From Octopus bimaculoides (Eukaryota): a stretch of DNA of 52,117 nucleotides. The position numbers and the translations under genes were made by a program. The first letter of the stretch is position 1; every line of letters begins with the position of its first letter. The notes beneath the pieces are model-generated. The model did not search any database and had not been told where the DNA came from. It saw only the letters and a list, made by a program, of their open reading frames with translations. This document shows, piece after piece, positions 10,412 through 22,138 of this stretch. The stretch lies in the NCBI RefSeq assembly GCF_001194135.2, contig NC_068981.1, forward strand, positions 10,745,418 to 10,797,534, in the 5' to 3' direction.

Positions 10412-10479
10412 GCTGCACTGAAGAGGTGAAATAAGTAAGTAAATATAACTTTACTTTAATCCCGAAACGTGTATGTAGC
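10412..10479 (+). ncRNA. Minimal type-I hammerhead ribozyme candidate, intact core
   Basis: GCTGCA CTGAAGA GG...aagtaagt-aaatata-ac.ttactt...CC GAAA C-GT-G TA TGTAGC. Stem I is 6 bp (one G.U) and stem II is closed by two G-C pairs. Predicted cleavage is after 10473. Confidence 0.65.
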
Positions 10480-11059
10480 TAGTCTGAGTCGTGTGGATTC
10501 GGTATTTTTTCTTTTTGGCTACGTAAAAAAGTGTGTTACTATCTGGGAGATCTTTACGGTAGCAGAAAAGGAATTTTAACTGCTATTTCTAAATTTGGTG
10601 CGTGGTGAAGCAATTAACTGACCCCTAATGCGCGCATGTGTATGTATGGACTGGTACGCTTACGCGAATACTATGGACANNNNNNNNNNGCCCCTAGTAG
10701 TGTCACCCACATTGCTGCAATACAAATGCTATAGCACTTTGTTTTATTGCTTAGTTAAGCAATTCGCCAATTAATGAAATATAATGGATTAACTACCCTT
10801 ATCTTATTTATTTAACTTATTCATTTAATTGAATTTGTACCACTTCCAGCAGCCACCTTGCCTCCTTCCAGCCACTTTGATATAAAAATAAACTCATTTA
10901 TGGGAAACATTTCTGAGTATGCTCCTATTTTTTTGTTGGCTATGGCCTAATAATACCAACTTGCTTCTCTCAGTCATCTCTGCTTACCTCACTCTTGATA
11001 GATTTTGCTTTTTATTCCTGCTCAGTTTTATAAATATTTATACTATGTGTTGGTGCTAG

Positions 11060-11123
11060 TATGCGCGCGCGCGTATGTGTGTGCATGTGTGTTGAATATA
11101 ATATACATTATGTATATTGCATA

Positions 11124-11178
<55 letters not shown>

Positions 11179-11238
11179 TACACTAACACACATATGCACA
11201 CACATGTATAATCACACATACATTTATATACATTCATG

Positions 11239-11270
<32 letters not shown>

Positions 11271-11614
11271 CATACATACATATATACATACACACACACA
11301 CACATACACACACATATGTATATATATATATGCACAAACATACATGTGTATGCGTCAATATACATATATGTGTGTGTGTGTGCTTCTGTGTGTGCTTGTG
11401 TATGTCTGTGTGTGTGCAAACATAGTCTGTAACGTTTCTGCATTCATAGTAAGATATTGTAACATGATGATATTGTACTACTCACAAGTACACACACACA
11501 CACACACACACGTTCACATCTGCTTGTAAGTACACACTTTCACATTAACATAGTATCACACAAACATTTAATAAGGAAAGATAAAACCTGCACACATACA
11601 TGTACTCGCATACA

Positions 11615-11657
<43 letters not shown>

Positions 11658-11665
11658 ACACACGT
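11060..11665. repeat. Compound (TA)/(CA)/(TACA) microsatellite field
   Basis: Direct; source of several spurious Y/I/H/T and C/V ORFs. Confidence 0.9.
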
Positions 11666-12097
11666 ATACTTACATATCTAAAACACTAAAACCGTACACA
11701 ACAACCACAAGACATTTATACATGTATTCAATCATCGTGACTATATTCTGTCGATGAGATTCTGTCTAAATCTAGTGACCTTTTAATTGATGATATAACC
11801 TTTGACCTATGACCCTTGTTCATTTAACACTGCTTTGGCTTCGAGGGAAATAGTTTAATAAAGATAACCTAGCTTTCATTAGCTCTAGCTTTGCATGTCT
11901 TTAAAATATCTACCGGGAACCGGGCAATTTCGTGCGATACGAACACCGCAGGGATTCTACTAACCATTTCCTTAATTTCCTTTGTAATATAACGGAATCA
12001 TTCCAAGTTCACATTTTGCTCTTCTTATGAAATGCATTGACACAGTATGTCTCACACTGAGAAATACACGAACCATTCGTATGAGTGTGTGCAGATA

Positions 12098-12821
12098 CTG
12101 GGCTGGCTAAAAAGTCCGTTCGCTTTTGTCGATACTAAAGTTCAAACATTCTAAATAAGCAGCTAGCTTCAGTCAGTCCTATGTGCATGTGTACTTGTTA
12201 TGAAGGTTGACACAACGACGTAGTTCGATGCAATTTGCAATGAGACAATTTGTATTTTGTGTGCTTGGAATTACCCTGAAAATGGGGAACCAAAACGAAC
12301 ATTATCGATACCTCATGGTCTTTTTATTTTAGAAAAAAGCAAGAAAGCAGCGAAAATCTGAAGAAAGATATGGGCTGTGTACGGAAAGGATGTTAATACG
12401 GAACAAGTGTGTCAGAAATGGTTTTCAAGGTTTTGATGGGGAAATTTTTCGGTTCAAGATGCACCTCTCTTTAATCGGTCAAATGAAATTAACAGCGACA
12501 CCAATCCCTGTCATACGACCAGAATGATTCTAGATATTCCCCAAATATCCAGTCGAGTATTGGAAGTCAGCTGCATCAACCTGGTTACACCAACAGTCTC
12601 AATGTTTGGGTCACACATCAATTGGATGAGGCTAACCTTGCTCAACAGATTTCCATCTGTGATTCGTTTTAGAAATGTGAAGAAAACATCCGTTTTTTTT
12701 AAAGAGAATGGTAACAATTGACGAAAAATGGATTGCCTGTAACAATGGGAAGTTCAAACGATCTTGTGAGATGCACGACTAATCAAACCACTACAAACAA
12801 CCTCAAAAGCAGGACTTCACC
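12098..12821 (+). mobile_element. Mariner (DD34D-type) transposon relic, 5' part
   Basis: TA at 12096-97 followed by TIR-like ctgggctggctaaaaagtcc. Decayed translation MGNQNEHYR.LM...VYGKD..TEQVCQKWFSRF..GNFSVQDAP, then WVTHQL (12607; the WVPHEL motif) and RMVTIDEKWI (first catalytic Asp at 12720). Confidence 0.85.
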
Positions 12822-13613
12822 TGCTGGGTGGAGTTGCTTATCTCTTCTGTTTGAAAACATAAGGACACGGTATGCTTGTGTTACATGGCCAACTAGAATC
12901 GGTGTTTCTCGGGGCTAAATAGCAGTAGCATTCTTTCCTTTCCTGGGACTGCCACATTAAGTTGGCAACAAACCATCACTGTATCGTGTATATATCTACA
13001 TACATGCATACATACATGCAGCCTCTGTGTGATGTCATTCATGTTAAGGAAGTCTGAAGGGTATCTCACTGGTTCACAATGAAACAGAAATACCAAAATT
13101 ACACATTGTTTCTTTGTGGATGACTTGTAACTTTAAGCAAAGAATATGCACGAGATGAAAAAGAGCCCTGACCTAGTTACATCATTCTCAAAGGATACAG
13201 GGCTGGAGTTTGGTCATGATAAATATTTTTATAAGGTTGTGAAAAGGGGGAAAACTGTAAACTAGACTAGCAACATCTCCACCAATGACTTGACTGTTTC
13301 CACTATATCTGACGAGGAATGTTACAGGTATCTAGGGGTGGATGAAAACATACCTTACAGTGGCCTCTGTAACAAAATGCGTGTTACTAAAGAATATTAC
13401 AACCGAATAAAGAAACTTAGGACCTCAGAACTCTTTGCATTCACTAAAATGTGATCCACAATGTGTTTGCAGTGCCAGTATTCATACCAGCATTTGGGCT
13501 GCTTGATTGGACGCTTGATGAAATCCTAGCCATTGATGTTAAAATATACATAATTTGCACATAAGCAGTGACGTAGACTGCCTGTACCTAAAACAAGGTG
13601 GCAGAGGCTTAAC

Positions 13614-13677
13614 ATCGATCCAAAATACCTTTGAATGTCGTATCATCGATCCAAATACCTTTGAATGTCGTATCATC
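13614..13677. repeat. 30/31-bp tandem duplication inside the Dong-like RT region
   Basis: atcgatccaaa(a)tacctttgaatgtcgtatc at 13614 and 13645. Confidence 0.9.
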
Positions 13678-14448
13678 TCTTCAGCAACATCTATTAACGA
13701 CCAAGTGACGAAGTGCATCCCTTGGCCAAATTTGCATACATGAGGCTAATAACATCACAAGACCTGGAAGGCAGCTCCTTGAGCAATATTCTTTGTATGC
13801 ATGCCCAAAGAAGTCGCACGACTCTTCTGCAACGTATCATCAGATGAAAGGACGAGCCTATATCAACAGAAGATTTTGCACGGATATATTAGTAGAAAAC
13901 TCCGAGATGATAGTAACATTGATCATCAAAGGAGTATGTCATGGACCAACAGCTGGATTACTACCTCCCACTTTGAAGGGTATGCGTTTGCAATCCAGAA
14001 GGAGGAAATATCAACCAAATACCTGATGTACATAAAGGATAGAGATGCAGGACAAGCAGTAAAATGTGACAATCGATGCGAATTTGTGGAGTTCACACTG
14101 AAGATATCACCCGTATCATAAGTAGTTGTCCGAAAATGTCATCACGGTATTATCTACCGATGAGACGTGATGTTATAGCTAGGACACTCTATTGTGGAAT
14201 CTGTCGGAAGGATAACCCCGAGGACAAAGAAATGATAACTCACTGTATGATAGAGTCAATAACCACTCATAATAAAAAGGAGTACTCGTGGAAACCTCAA
14301 TAAAACCCCAGTAAAATGAAAGCACAACAGATTTGATATAATGATTTGAGATGGAGAAGAGAAACTGTGTGGAGTTGAGGAAATTAGCTGCCCAGCGGAT
14401 GTTAGCATAAAGCTGAAGATCAGTGAAAAAGAGAAGACCTAGGCTGAA

Positions 14449-14667
14449 CTCTTTTACTCCTTCACTTTAATTTGTTTCAATCATTTGACTGTGGCCATGC
14501 TGGAGCACCGCCTTTAGTCGAGCAAATCTAACCCAGGAATTATTCTTTGTAAGCCTAGTACTTATTCTATCGATCTCTTTTGCCGAACCGCTAAGTGACG
14601 GGGACGTAAACGCACCGGCATCGGTTGTCAAGCGATGGTGGGGGAACAAACACAGACACACAAACAT

Positions 14668-14711
<44 letters not shown>

Positions 14712-15179
14712 NNNNNNNNNNNNNNNNNNNNNNNNNNNNNNNNNNNNNNNNNNNNNNNNNNNNNNNNNNNNNNNNNNNNNNNNNNNNNNNNNNNNNNNNN
14801 NNNNNNNNNNNNNNNNNNNNNNNNNNNNNNNNNNNNNNNNNNNNNNNNNNNNNNNNNNNNNNNNNNNNNNNNNNNNNNNNNNNNNNNNNNNNNNNNNNNN
14901 NNNNNNNNNNNNNNNNNNNNNNNNNNNNNNNNNNNNNNNNNNNNNNNNNNNNNNNNNNNNNNNNNNNNNNNNNNNNNNNNNNNNNNNACACACACACACA
15001 CACACACACATACATACGACGGGCTTCTTTCAGTTTCCGCCTACCAAATCCACTCACAAGGCTTTGGTCGGCCCGAGGCTATAGGAGAAGATACTTGTCC
15101 AAGGTGCCACGCAGTAGGACTGAACCCGGAACCATGTGGTTCGTAAGCAAGCTACTTACCACACAGCCACTCCTACACC
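14449..15179 (-). mobile_element. SINE family B nested in the Dong-like LINE; internal microsatellite contains an N gap
   Basis: Reverse complement of the 7735 copy on both sides of the 14712-14987 gap. Confidence 0.9.
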
Positions 15180-16400
15180 TGAGAAATCTGCAGTTACTCT
15201 ATCCAGATTACAAGTTCAAGTTTATACCAGTAATTATTGGGGCACTAGGATATGTAACACACTGCCTAAATACCAATCTTGAGAAATTCGGTTTCTAACC
15301 AGAAAGGAGAAAGATAATTCGAAGACTACAGATCCATTCCATCACTGGAACTGTAAAAATCTGTAAAACTTTCCAGAAGTTTATATGAGTATTATAGATA
15401 TGCAAATATATTCATGAGAATACATACATAAAACAAAACATTCAAATCTGCACATATACATACATACACACATACATATATACAAAAATATCCTGTTGGT
15501 GATGTTGAAATTCCAATGAAGGAGCGATGGATCTAGGTTAGAAACCGGCTCTTTCTCCATTGGCAAAATATCTTGAAACAAAACGGAATATGTATATATG
15601 CATATAATATACATACATGCATATATACCAGTGAGTCAACAAACGAATGGAAGTAGTATTCAATACATACAGTTGAAGTTGTATTTATTTAGCAATACGA
15701 TTTACTTAACTCTTCACGCTACTTTAAGTTAGGTTGATGCAAAAGCTTACAAATCTCTTCGGACATTCGAAAGCAGCGAGAAAACAAGATGGCTTCAACA
15801 TTTTCCACACACACACACACACACGCACACACACACACACACACACACACNNNNNNNNNNNNNNNNNNNNNNNNNNNNNNNNNNNNNNNNNNNNNNNNNN
15901 NNNNNNNNNNNNNNNNNNNNNNNNNNNNNNNNNNNNNNNNNNNNNNNNNNNNNNNNNNNNNNNNNNNNNNNNNNNNNNNNNNNNNNNNNNNNNNNNNNNN
16001 NNNNNNNNNNNNNNNNNNNNNNNNNNNNNNNNNNNNNNNNNNNNNNNNNNNNNNNNNNNNNNNNNNNNNNNNNNNNNNNNNNNNNNNNNNNNNNNNNNNN
16101 NNNNNNNNNNNNNNNNNNNNNNNNNNNNNNNNNNNNNNNNNNNNNNNNNNNNNNNNNNNNNNNNNNNNNNNNNNNNNNNNNNNNNNNNNNNNNNNNNNNN
16201 NNNNNNNNNNNNNNNNNNNNNNNNNNNNNNNNNNNNNNNNNNNNNNNNNNNNNNNNNNNNNNNNNNNNNNNNNNNNNNNNNNNNNNNNNNNNNNNNNNNN
16301 NNNNNNNNNNNNNNNNNNNNNNNNNNNNNNNNNNNNNNNNNNNNNNNNNNNNNNNNNNNNNNNNNNNNNNNNNNNNNNNNNNNNNNNNNNNNNNNNNNNN

Positions 16401-16680
16401 TATATATATATATATATATATATATGCACTTGTGTATATATGTATGTCTACCTACCTACCTATCTATCTATCTATATATCTATCTATCTCTCTATCAATC
16501 TATCTATCTATCAGCCAGTTTGCTTGTCTATCTGGCTGTTTACCTGCAGGTATATACGTACACACACATACATAATCACACATTCAAATTCACATTCACA
16601 CACACACACACAATATATATATATATATATATACATACGTACGGACATACATACATACATACATACATACATGCACAGAC
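16401..16680. repeat. Compound (TA)/(TATC)/(CA)/(TACA) microsatellite
   Basis: Direct. Confidence 0.9.
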
Positions 16681-17259
16681 ATACATGTTTCTCCCAACCA
16701 TTCCGTCGCTAAGCTAAAATTCTCCATTACATCTCACACATCCGCGATTTTAATACTTACACAAAACTTCAAAATTGGCCATAAACTGCATTGATCTCAT
16801 CAAACTAGGTACATCTTTCAATGCCACAGAGATTCTCCCTACTTTCTGTTCATCTGATAAATTGGAAAAAAAAATGTCATTCATATGAAGTAATTAAAAA
16901 CAATAAAGTTTGCCTTGTAGCTGACAGACACCGATTTTCATTATCAATAGGAAATATCTTTTTTATAACTTTAACCTCAACAAATTTATGCTAACACAAA
17001 ACGATACTTGTAGGCTATCATACCTACCCGTAACTAACTTTATTTTCAGGTAGAAAGCTAGGTTGTCTTTGAATAGTTTAGAGAGAAGTGAAGAATATCG
17101 TGCAGACATCAGAACACTTCACGATCCTGTTCAACGATTTCAATAGCAAACACCACAGGGAATTTCATTTGATATTTCACCATTTTTTTTTCTCTTCAGT
17201 AAATCACAAGAATTTGGTGTTACATATTCTTTTTCACCCGAAAGATACAGACATTGATA

Positions 17260-17934
17260 CATGTAAATGTATGTTTGTGTATGAATAAATGTATATATGT
17301 CAATGTGTATGCATGCGTGTATGTATGGATATATATATATACACACACGCATCTATGTGTATGTTTACATGTATGCATATATATATATGTATGTATGTAT
17401 ATATATNNNNNNNNNNNNNNNNATATATATATATGCATACATATATACATACATGTATACATATGTTTGTGCATATGCATATATATGTGTATATATATTT
17501 ATATACATATTTATATATATGCATGTATGTGTACACATACATGCAAACATACTCACAGGACGCACACACACGCACATATATACACACACACATATATATC
17601 TGTATATCTATATCTATTCGTATGTATATACATATATGTATGTATACCTCTAGGTATATATGCATGATAATATATAGATATCTATAAATATGCACATATT
17701 TGCAATTATGTACACATGCAAGTGTAGGTATATTTGTGTACATATTGATCTGTGTGCGTGTGGGTGTATGTATGTATGTATGTGTGTTTTTGAGAATCAT
17801 ATTCTATACAAATGTCATTACATTTACATACATTCACATTAAAGTATTATTTACATCGGTACACCTCCACATTTCCATATACATACATACATATATACAT
17901 ACAAACATACATATATACATTCATACATATACAT

Positions 17935-17979
<45 letters not shown>
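17260..17979. repeat. Long compound (TA)/(TATG)/(CA) low-complexity field
   Basis: Direct. Confidence 0.9.
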
Positions 17980-18414
17980 NNNNNNNNNNNNNNNNNNNNN
18001 NNNNNNNNNNNNNNNNNNNNNNNNNNNNNNNNNNNNNNNNNNNNNNNNNNNNNNNNNNNNNNNNNNNNNNNNNNNNNNNNNNNNNNNNNNNNNNNNNNNN
18101 NNNNNNNNNNNNNNNNNNNNNNNNNNNNNNNNNNNNNNNNNNNNNNNNNNNNNNNNNNNNNNNNNNNNNNNNNNNNNNNNNNNNNNNNNNNNNNNNNNNN
18201 NNNNNNNNNNNNNNNNNNNNNNNNNNNNNNNNNNNNNNNNNNNNNNNNNNNNNNNNNNNNNNNNNNNNNNNNNNNNNNNNNNNNNNNNNNNNNNNNNNNN
18301 NNNNNNNNNNNNNNNNNNNNNNNNNNNNNNNNNNNNNNNNNNNNNNNNNNNNNNNNNNNNNNNNNNNNNNNNNNNNNNNNNNNNNNNNNNNNNNNNNNNN
18401 NNNNNNNNNNNNNN

Positions 18415-18470
18415 AGGTGCATGTATATGTTTGTGTGACTGTGTTTGTCCCTCCATTATCGCTTGACAAC
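18415..18470 (+). mobile_element. SINE family B 3'-half fragment emerging from an N gap
   Basis: ctgtgtttgtccctccattatcgcttgacaacc matches the post-microsatellite segment of family B. Confidence 0.6.
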
Positions 18471-18519
18471 CAAACTTGTGTGACTTCAATTCCACAAAGT
18501 CGTTCTATAGAGGATTAGT

Positions 18520-19330
18520 GGAGGGGAGGTGCGACGACGCTCTCCGGCAGAATCTGGGCGTCGACGAGGAACACTTGACCCGCCTGTTCAGGACAACTTT
18601 CGGGCCGGGACATATGGACACTCACCAGAGATCACTGGCCTGGCAGTGCTATTGAGAAGCAATGCCCGTTCGGGATAAGCTCTACAGGCACTGTTAGAGA
18701 CACACCAGACCGACTTGCCCGAGATGCGGTCAGAGCGACGAAACAGTTCTGCACGCACTCGTGCAGTGTCCAACCATTTCGAACCTGTGGGCTTATGCCG
18801 AACAGCTGCTGTCACGTGTGAGACGAGTCCGCCTGTCGGCTGAGTCTAGCGTGAAAATTGCTCCGCCACCTTCCCTTAACTGGGAAGGCAAGGAGTCTTC
18901 ATCGTACTGGTGGCCATGGTGAAAGAATGTGTGTGGTGGACTCGATCGAAAGGTTTAGAGACAAATCCTTTCCTCTCTAGCCAATCGCTCATCAACTTTT
19001 TCAAGTACCAATTGAAACGGAAGGTGAGAATAGAGAGGCAAGTTTTGTCTCGTGAAAGTTTCAATAAAAGGTGGGTGAATGTAACAAAGATGGTACGTGC
19101 GGGTGACGAAACCCCTTTGAGCATGATCCTGTAAATCGAAAAAAGATAGAGAGCACTTTTCTCTCATGTGTTTATTCCCTCCTTGCCTGAGGTTACCGTG
19201 GTCTTTTCCGTAGGATTTTCTTTCCACGGATAAACCTAATCTTGCTTTTAACATTTTAAATATTTTCTGTGATACACGATCCCTTTTGATCGTTTTTTTT
19301 CCTCATGATCCCTTTTGATCGGAATTTTAT
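18520..19330 (+). mobile_element. Tx1/L1-like LINE, 3' relic (ORF2 C-terminal zinc finger plus 3' UTR)
   Basis: SLAWQCY*EAMPVRDKL...CPRCGQSDETVLHALVQCP..W (Cys at 18716) is a zf-RVT-type CX2C...HX4C motif. It continues as KECVWWTR...LINFFKYQLKRK...RWVNV to a stop near 19134. Confidence 0.85.
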
Positions 19331-19425
19331 TTTTCTCCTTTTTTTCTATTTTCGAAAAGAAAATCTCTATATTGTATTTTGTCCCCTCTGTGTTCGGTCC
19401 TGTGTGGCTAGTAAAGAAACTTATG

Positions 19426-19467
<42 letters not shown>

Positions 19468-20755
19468 NNNNNNNNNNCACACACACACACACACACCAGC
19501 AAGACGTAGACATAGCTGTATGTTTAGAAAGTTCGGTATAAGCGAAGGATAGAATAAGCAGCGGATTTGAACACGAATATGTAAGTACGGGCAGTTGATT
19601 TGTGCGACTAAATCTGTCCATGCAGTACAATGACAAAAACAAATATAAAAAAATTAAAAGAAAAAGGTAAAAAAAAAGACAACAATGTACGTGCATTATT
19701 GAACCTCATATGTATCAAGACTAATGTTACGATCATTACTTATCTAGGCCTAACTTTATTGATCCAGGTAAATAAAAAAATTTGTATTCTAATGTTCGAT
19801 TTGAGGAATACAAGTAAGTGCATTTCAGGAAGAATGATAGTTTAGTAAGCATTACCAATGTTGTGAAGTGTATGTAAAGGAGTGAAAATGCCGGAAGGAA
19901 ATAATTTTGAGAAATATATTGGGAAAGTATTAAAAAAAAAAAAAAATAATAATAAAGAGAAAATATTTGTTCCTGGAAAATTCGTTTCGTTTAATGTGTT
20001 CTACATTACATATAATGTATCGTCGTTCTTTGTTCGCCTTAGAAGTATCTTTCCTTTTTATAATATTCTCACTCTATCTATCTCTTTCTGTACGCACACA
20101 CACACACACACATACACACACACAAATATACATAAGTGTGTGTGTGTGTGTGTATATACATNNNNNNNNNNNNNNNNNNNNNNNNNNNNNNNNNNNNNNN
20201 NNNNNNNNNNNNNNNNNNNNNNNNNNNNNNNNNNNNNNNNNNNNNNNNNNNNNNNNNNNNNNNNNNNNNNNNNNNNNNNNNNNNNNNNNNNNNNNNNNNN
20301 NNNNNNNNNNNNNNNNNNNNNNNNNNNNNNNNNNNNNNNNNNNNNNNNNNNNNNNNNNNNNNNNNNNNNNNNNNNNNNNNNNNNNNNNNNNNNNNNNNNN
20401 NNNNNNNNNNNNNNNNNNNNNNNNNNNNNNNNNNNNNNNNNNNNNNNNNNNNNNNNNNNNNNNNNNNNNNNNNNNNNNNNNNNNNNNNNNNNNNNNNNNN
20501 NNNNNNNNNNNNNNNNNNNNNNNNNNNNNNNNNNNNNNNNNNNNNNNNNNNNNNNNNNNNNNNNNNNNNNNNNNNNNNNNNNNNNNNNNNNNNNNNNNNN
20601 NNNNNNNNNNNNNNNNNNNNNNNNNNNNNNNNNNNNNNNNNNNNNNNNNNNNNNNNNNNNNNNNNNNNNNNNNNNNNNNNNNNNNNNNNNNNNNNNNNNN
20701 NNNNNNNNNNNNNNNNNNNNNNNNNNNNNNNNNNNNNNNNNNNNNNNNNNNNNNN

Positions 20756-20814
20756 CGTAGCGGCAGACGAAATACCGCTAAGCATTTCGCTAATGTTTCT
20801 GCCAGTTCGCCGCC
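20756..20814 (-). mobile_element. SINE family C head (remainder lost in N gap)
   Basis: Reverse complement ggcggcgaactggcagaaacattagcgaaatgcttagcggtatttcgtctgccgctacg. Confidence 0.8.
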
Positions 20815-21331
20815 TTAGCTGAGTGCTTCTGCAATGTCTTTTAGTTTCATCGGAGTCACACATAAACGTACACATGCACCCCTCTCTCACATTTATAAAT
20901 ATACATTTATAGATCTGGTCGTCACTGCTTAGTGCTAAGAGTTCCATCCTCCGCATCTGGTGTTGGAACCCGTTTCTGCATCAGCTTAGGTTTCATGGAG
21001 AACATGCAGTTTAAGTAACATCCGGTCATTCTTTTTTCTGTCAGAGATCCTATATAAGCATATGTCACAGCGAGAAACACAATAAAGGGAGTGGCATCAA
21101 ACTGTCTCATTAATCCTAAACATACACACGCACACAGACACAGGCGCACACACACAGAGGTACACACAGAGGCAGAAACAAGAACTCGCACGCGTACAGA
21201 GAATGAAAGAAAGAGAGAGAAGGGGAGGGAGCTCGAGAAATAAAAATAACATTGATTGTCGTGCCCCTGCATTGCCTTGTTCGACTGGGTGGAACAGATA
21301 TAAGAATATGTGTGTGTGTGTGTGTTTGTGC

Positions 21332-21370
<39 letters not shown>

Positions 21371-21400
21371 TGTGTGAGTGTGTATACACTTTTGCTAAGG

Positions 21401-21607
21401 CTGCAAAATTGCCACAAGGCTATTACTCAGAGTTTCAGGTTCCCGTTCATCGGACAGCTTTGATAAAAAGTGTCTGACGAATGGGAACGTGAAACTCAGA
21501 GTAACAGTTTTTGTGGCAATTTTAGAGCATTAATAAAAGCATATTACTTTACCTTTGATATTCGAGTATTATTTTTCCACCTTGTTTTGCATTTATGTGC
21601 TCACCTG

Positions 21608-21674
<67 letters not shown>

Positions 21675-21756
21675 ACTTTATTTAAAAGCAGCAGAAATAT
21701 CACATCGACTGTTACCCAGAATTTAATTTCACATTCCCGTTCATAGGACAGTTTTG
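21401..21756. mobile_element. Penelope-like terminal repeat (unit X) array in alternating orientation (-/+/-) with a (TATC)n spacer
   Basis: X(-) 21401-21462, X(+) 21464-21607, (TATC)n, X(-) 21673-21756. Each carries a hammerhead-like motif; the same unit occurs at 33252-33600. Confidence 0.75.
21465..21512 (+). ncRNA. Minimal type-I hammerhead ribozyme candidate, intact core
   Basis: AAAAAGTGT CTGACGA ATG-GGAA-CGT GAAA CTC-A-GAG TA ACAGTTTTT. Stem I pairs 8 of 9, stem II is 3 bp capped by a GNRA loop, and stem III is near-palindromic with a 1-nt loop. Predicted cleavage is after 21503. Confidence 0.7.
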
Positions 21757-21900
21757 TTAGAATGGTACAGAAATGACGATATAATAAAAAGGATACACCT
21801 TTGAAAATGGTTTTGTTTCATTGGTTCTTTCAACACAGACACGGAGATATGTTTGTTCAACTGTAACCCCTTTTAAGGAACGTCTGAACAACTACAGGTC
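21757..21900 (+). mobile_element. Penelope-like GIY-YIG endonuclease fragment (runs into an N gap)
   Basis: RYVCSTVTPFKERLNNYR (21845-21898) resembles YIG.T...FK.R..NH of PLE endonucleases; it directly abuts the inverted unit X. Confidence 0.55.
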
Positions 21901-22094
21901 NNNNNNNNNNNNNNNNNNNNNNNNNNNNNNNNNNNNNNNNNNNNNNNNNNNNNNNNNNNNNNNNNNNNNNNNNNNNNNNNNNNNNNNNNNNNNNNNNNNN
22001 NNNNNNNNNNNNNNNNNNNNNNNNNNNNNNNNNNNNNNNNNNNNNNNNNNNNNNNNNNNNNNNNNNNNNNNNNNNNNNNNNNNNNNNNNNNNNN

Positions 22095-22138
<44 letters not shown>

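Larger units (their letters stand above)
13020..15590 (+). mobile_element. R4/Dong-like non-LTR retrotransposon, 5' truncated (RT C-terminus, zinc finger, REL endonuclease, 3' UTR), interrupted by a SINE
   Basis: KITHCFFVDDL (FVDD at 13113-13124), GLEFGHDK, YLGVDEN, YLKQGGRGL, C-RICGVHTEDITRIISSC...YYLPMRRD, KHNR.DIMI, EISCPAD, then LRNLQLLYPDYKFKFIPVIIGALG after the SINE. Many stops and frameshifts. Confidence 0.85.

Noticed and set aside
15509-15552. ccaatga...gaaaccggctc in the Dong-like 3' end, resembling a hammerhead
   Set aside because: The core is broken, there is no U-H after stem III and no stem I; better explained as a LINE 3' stem-loop.
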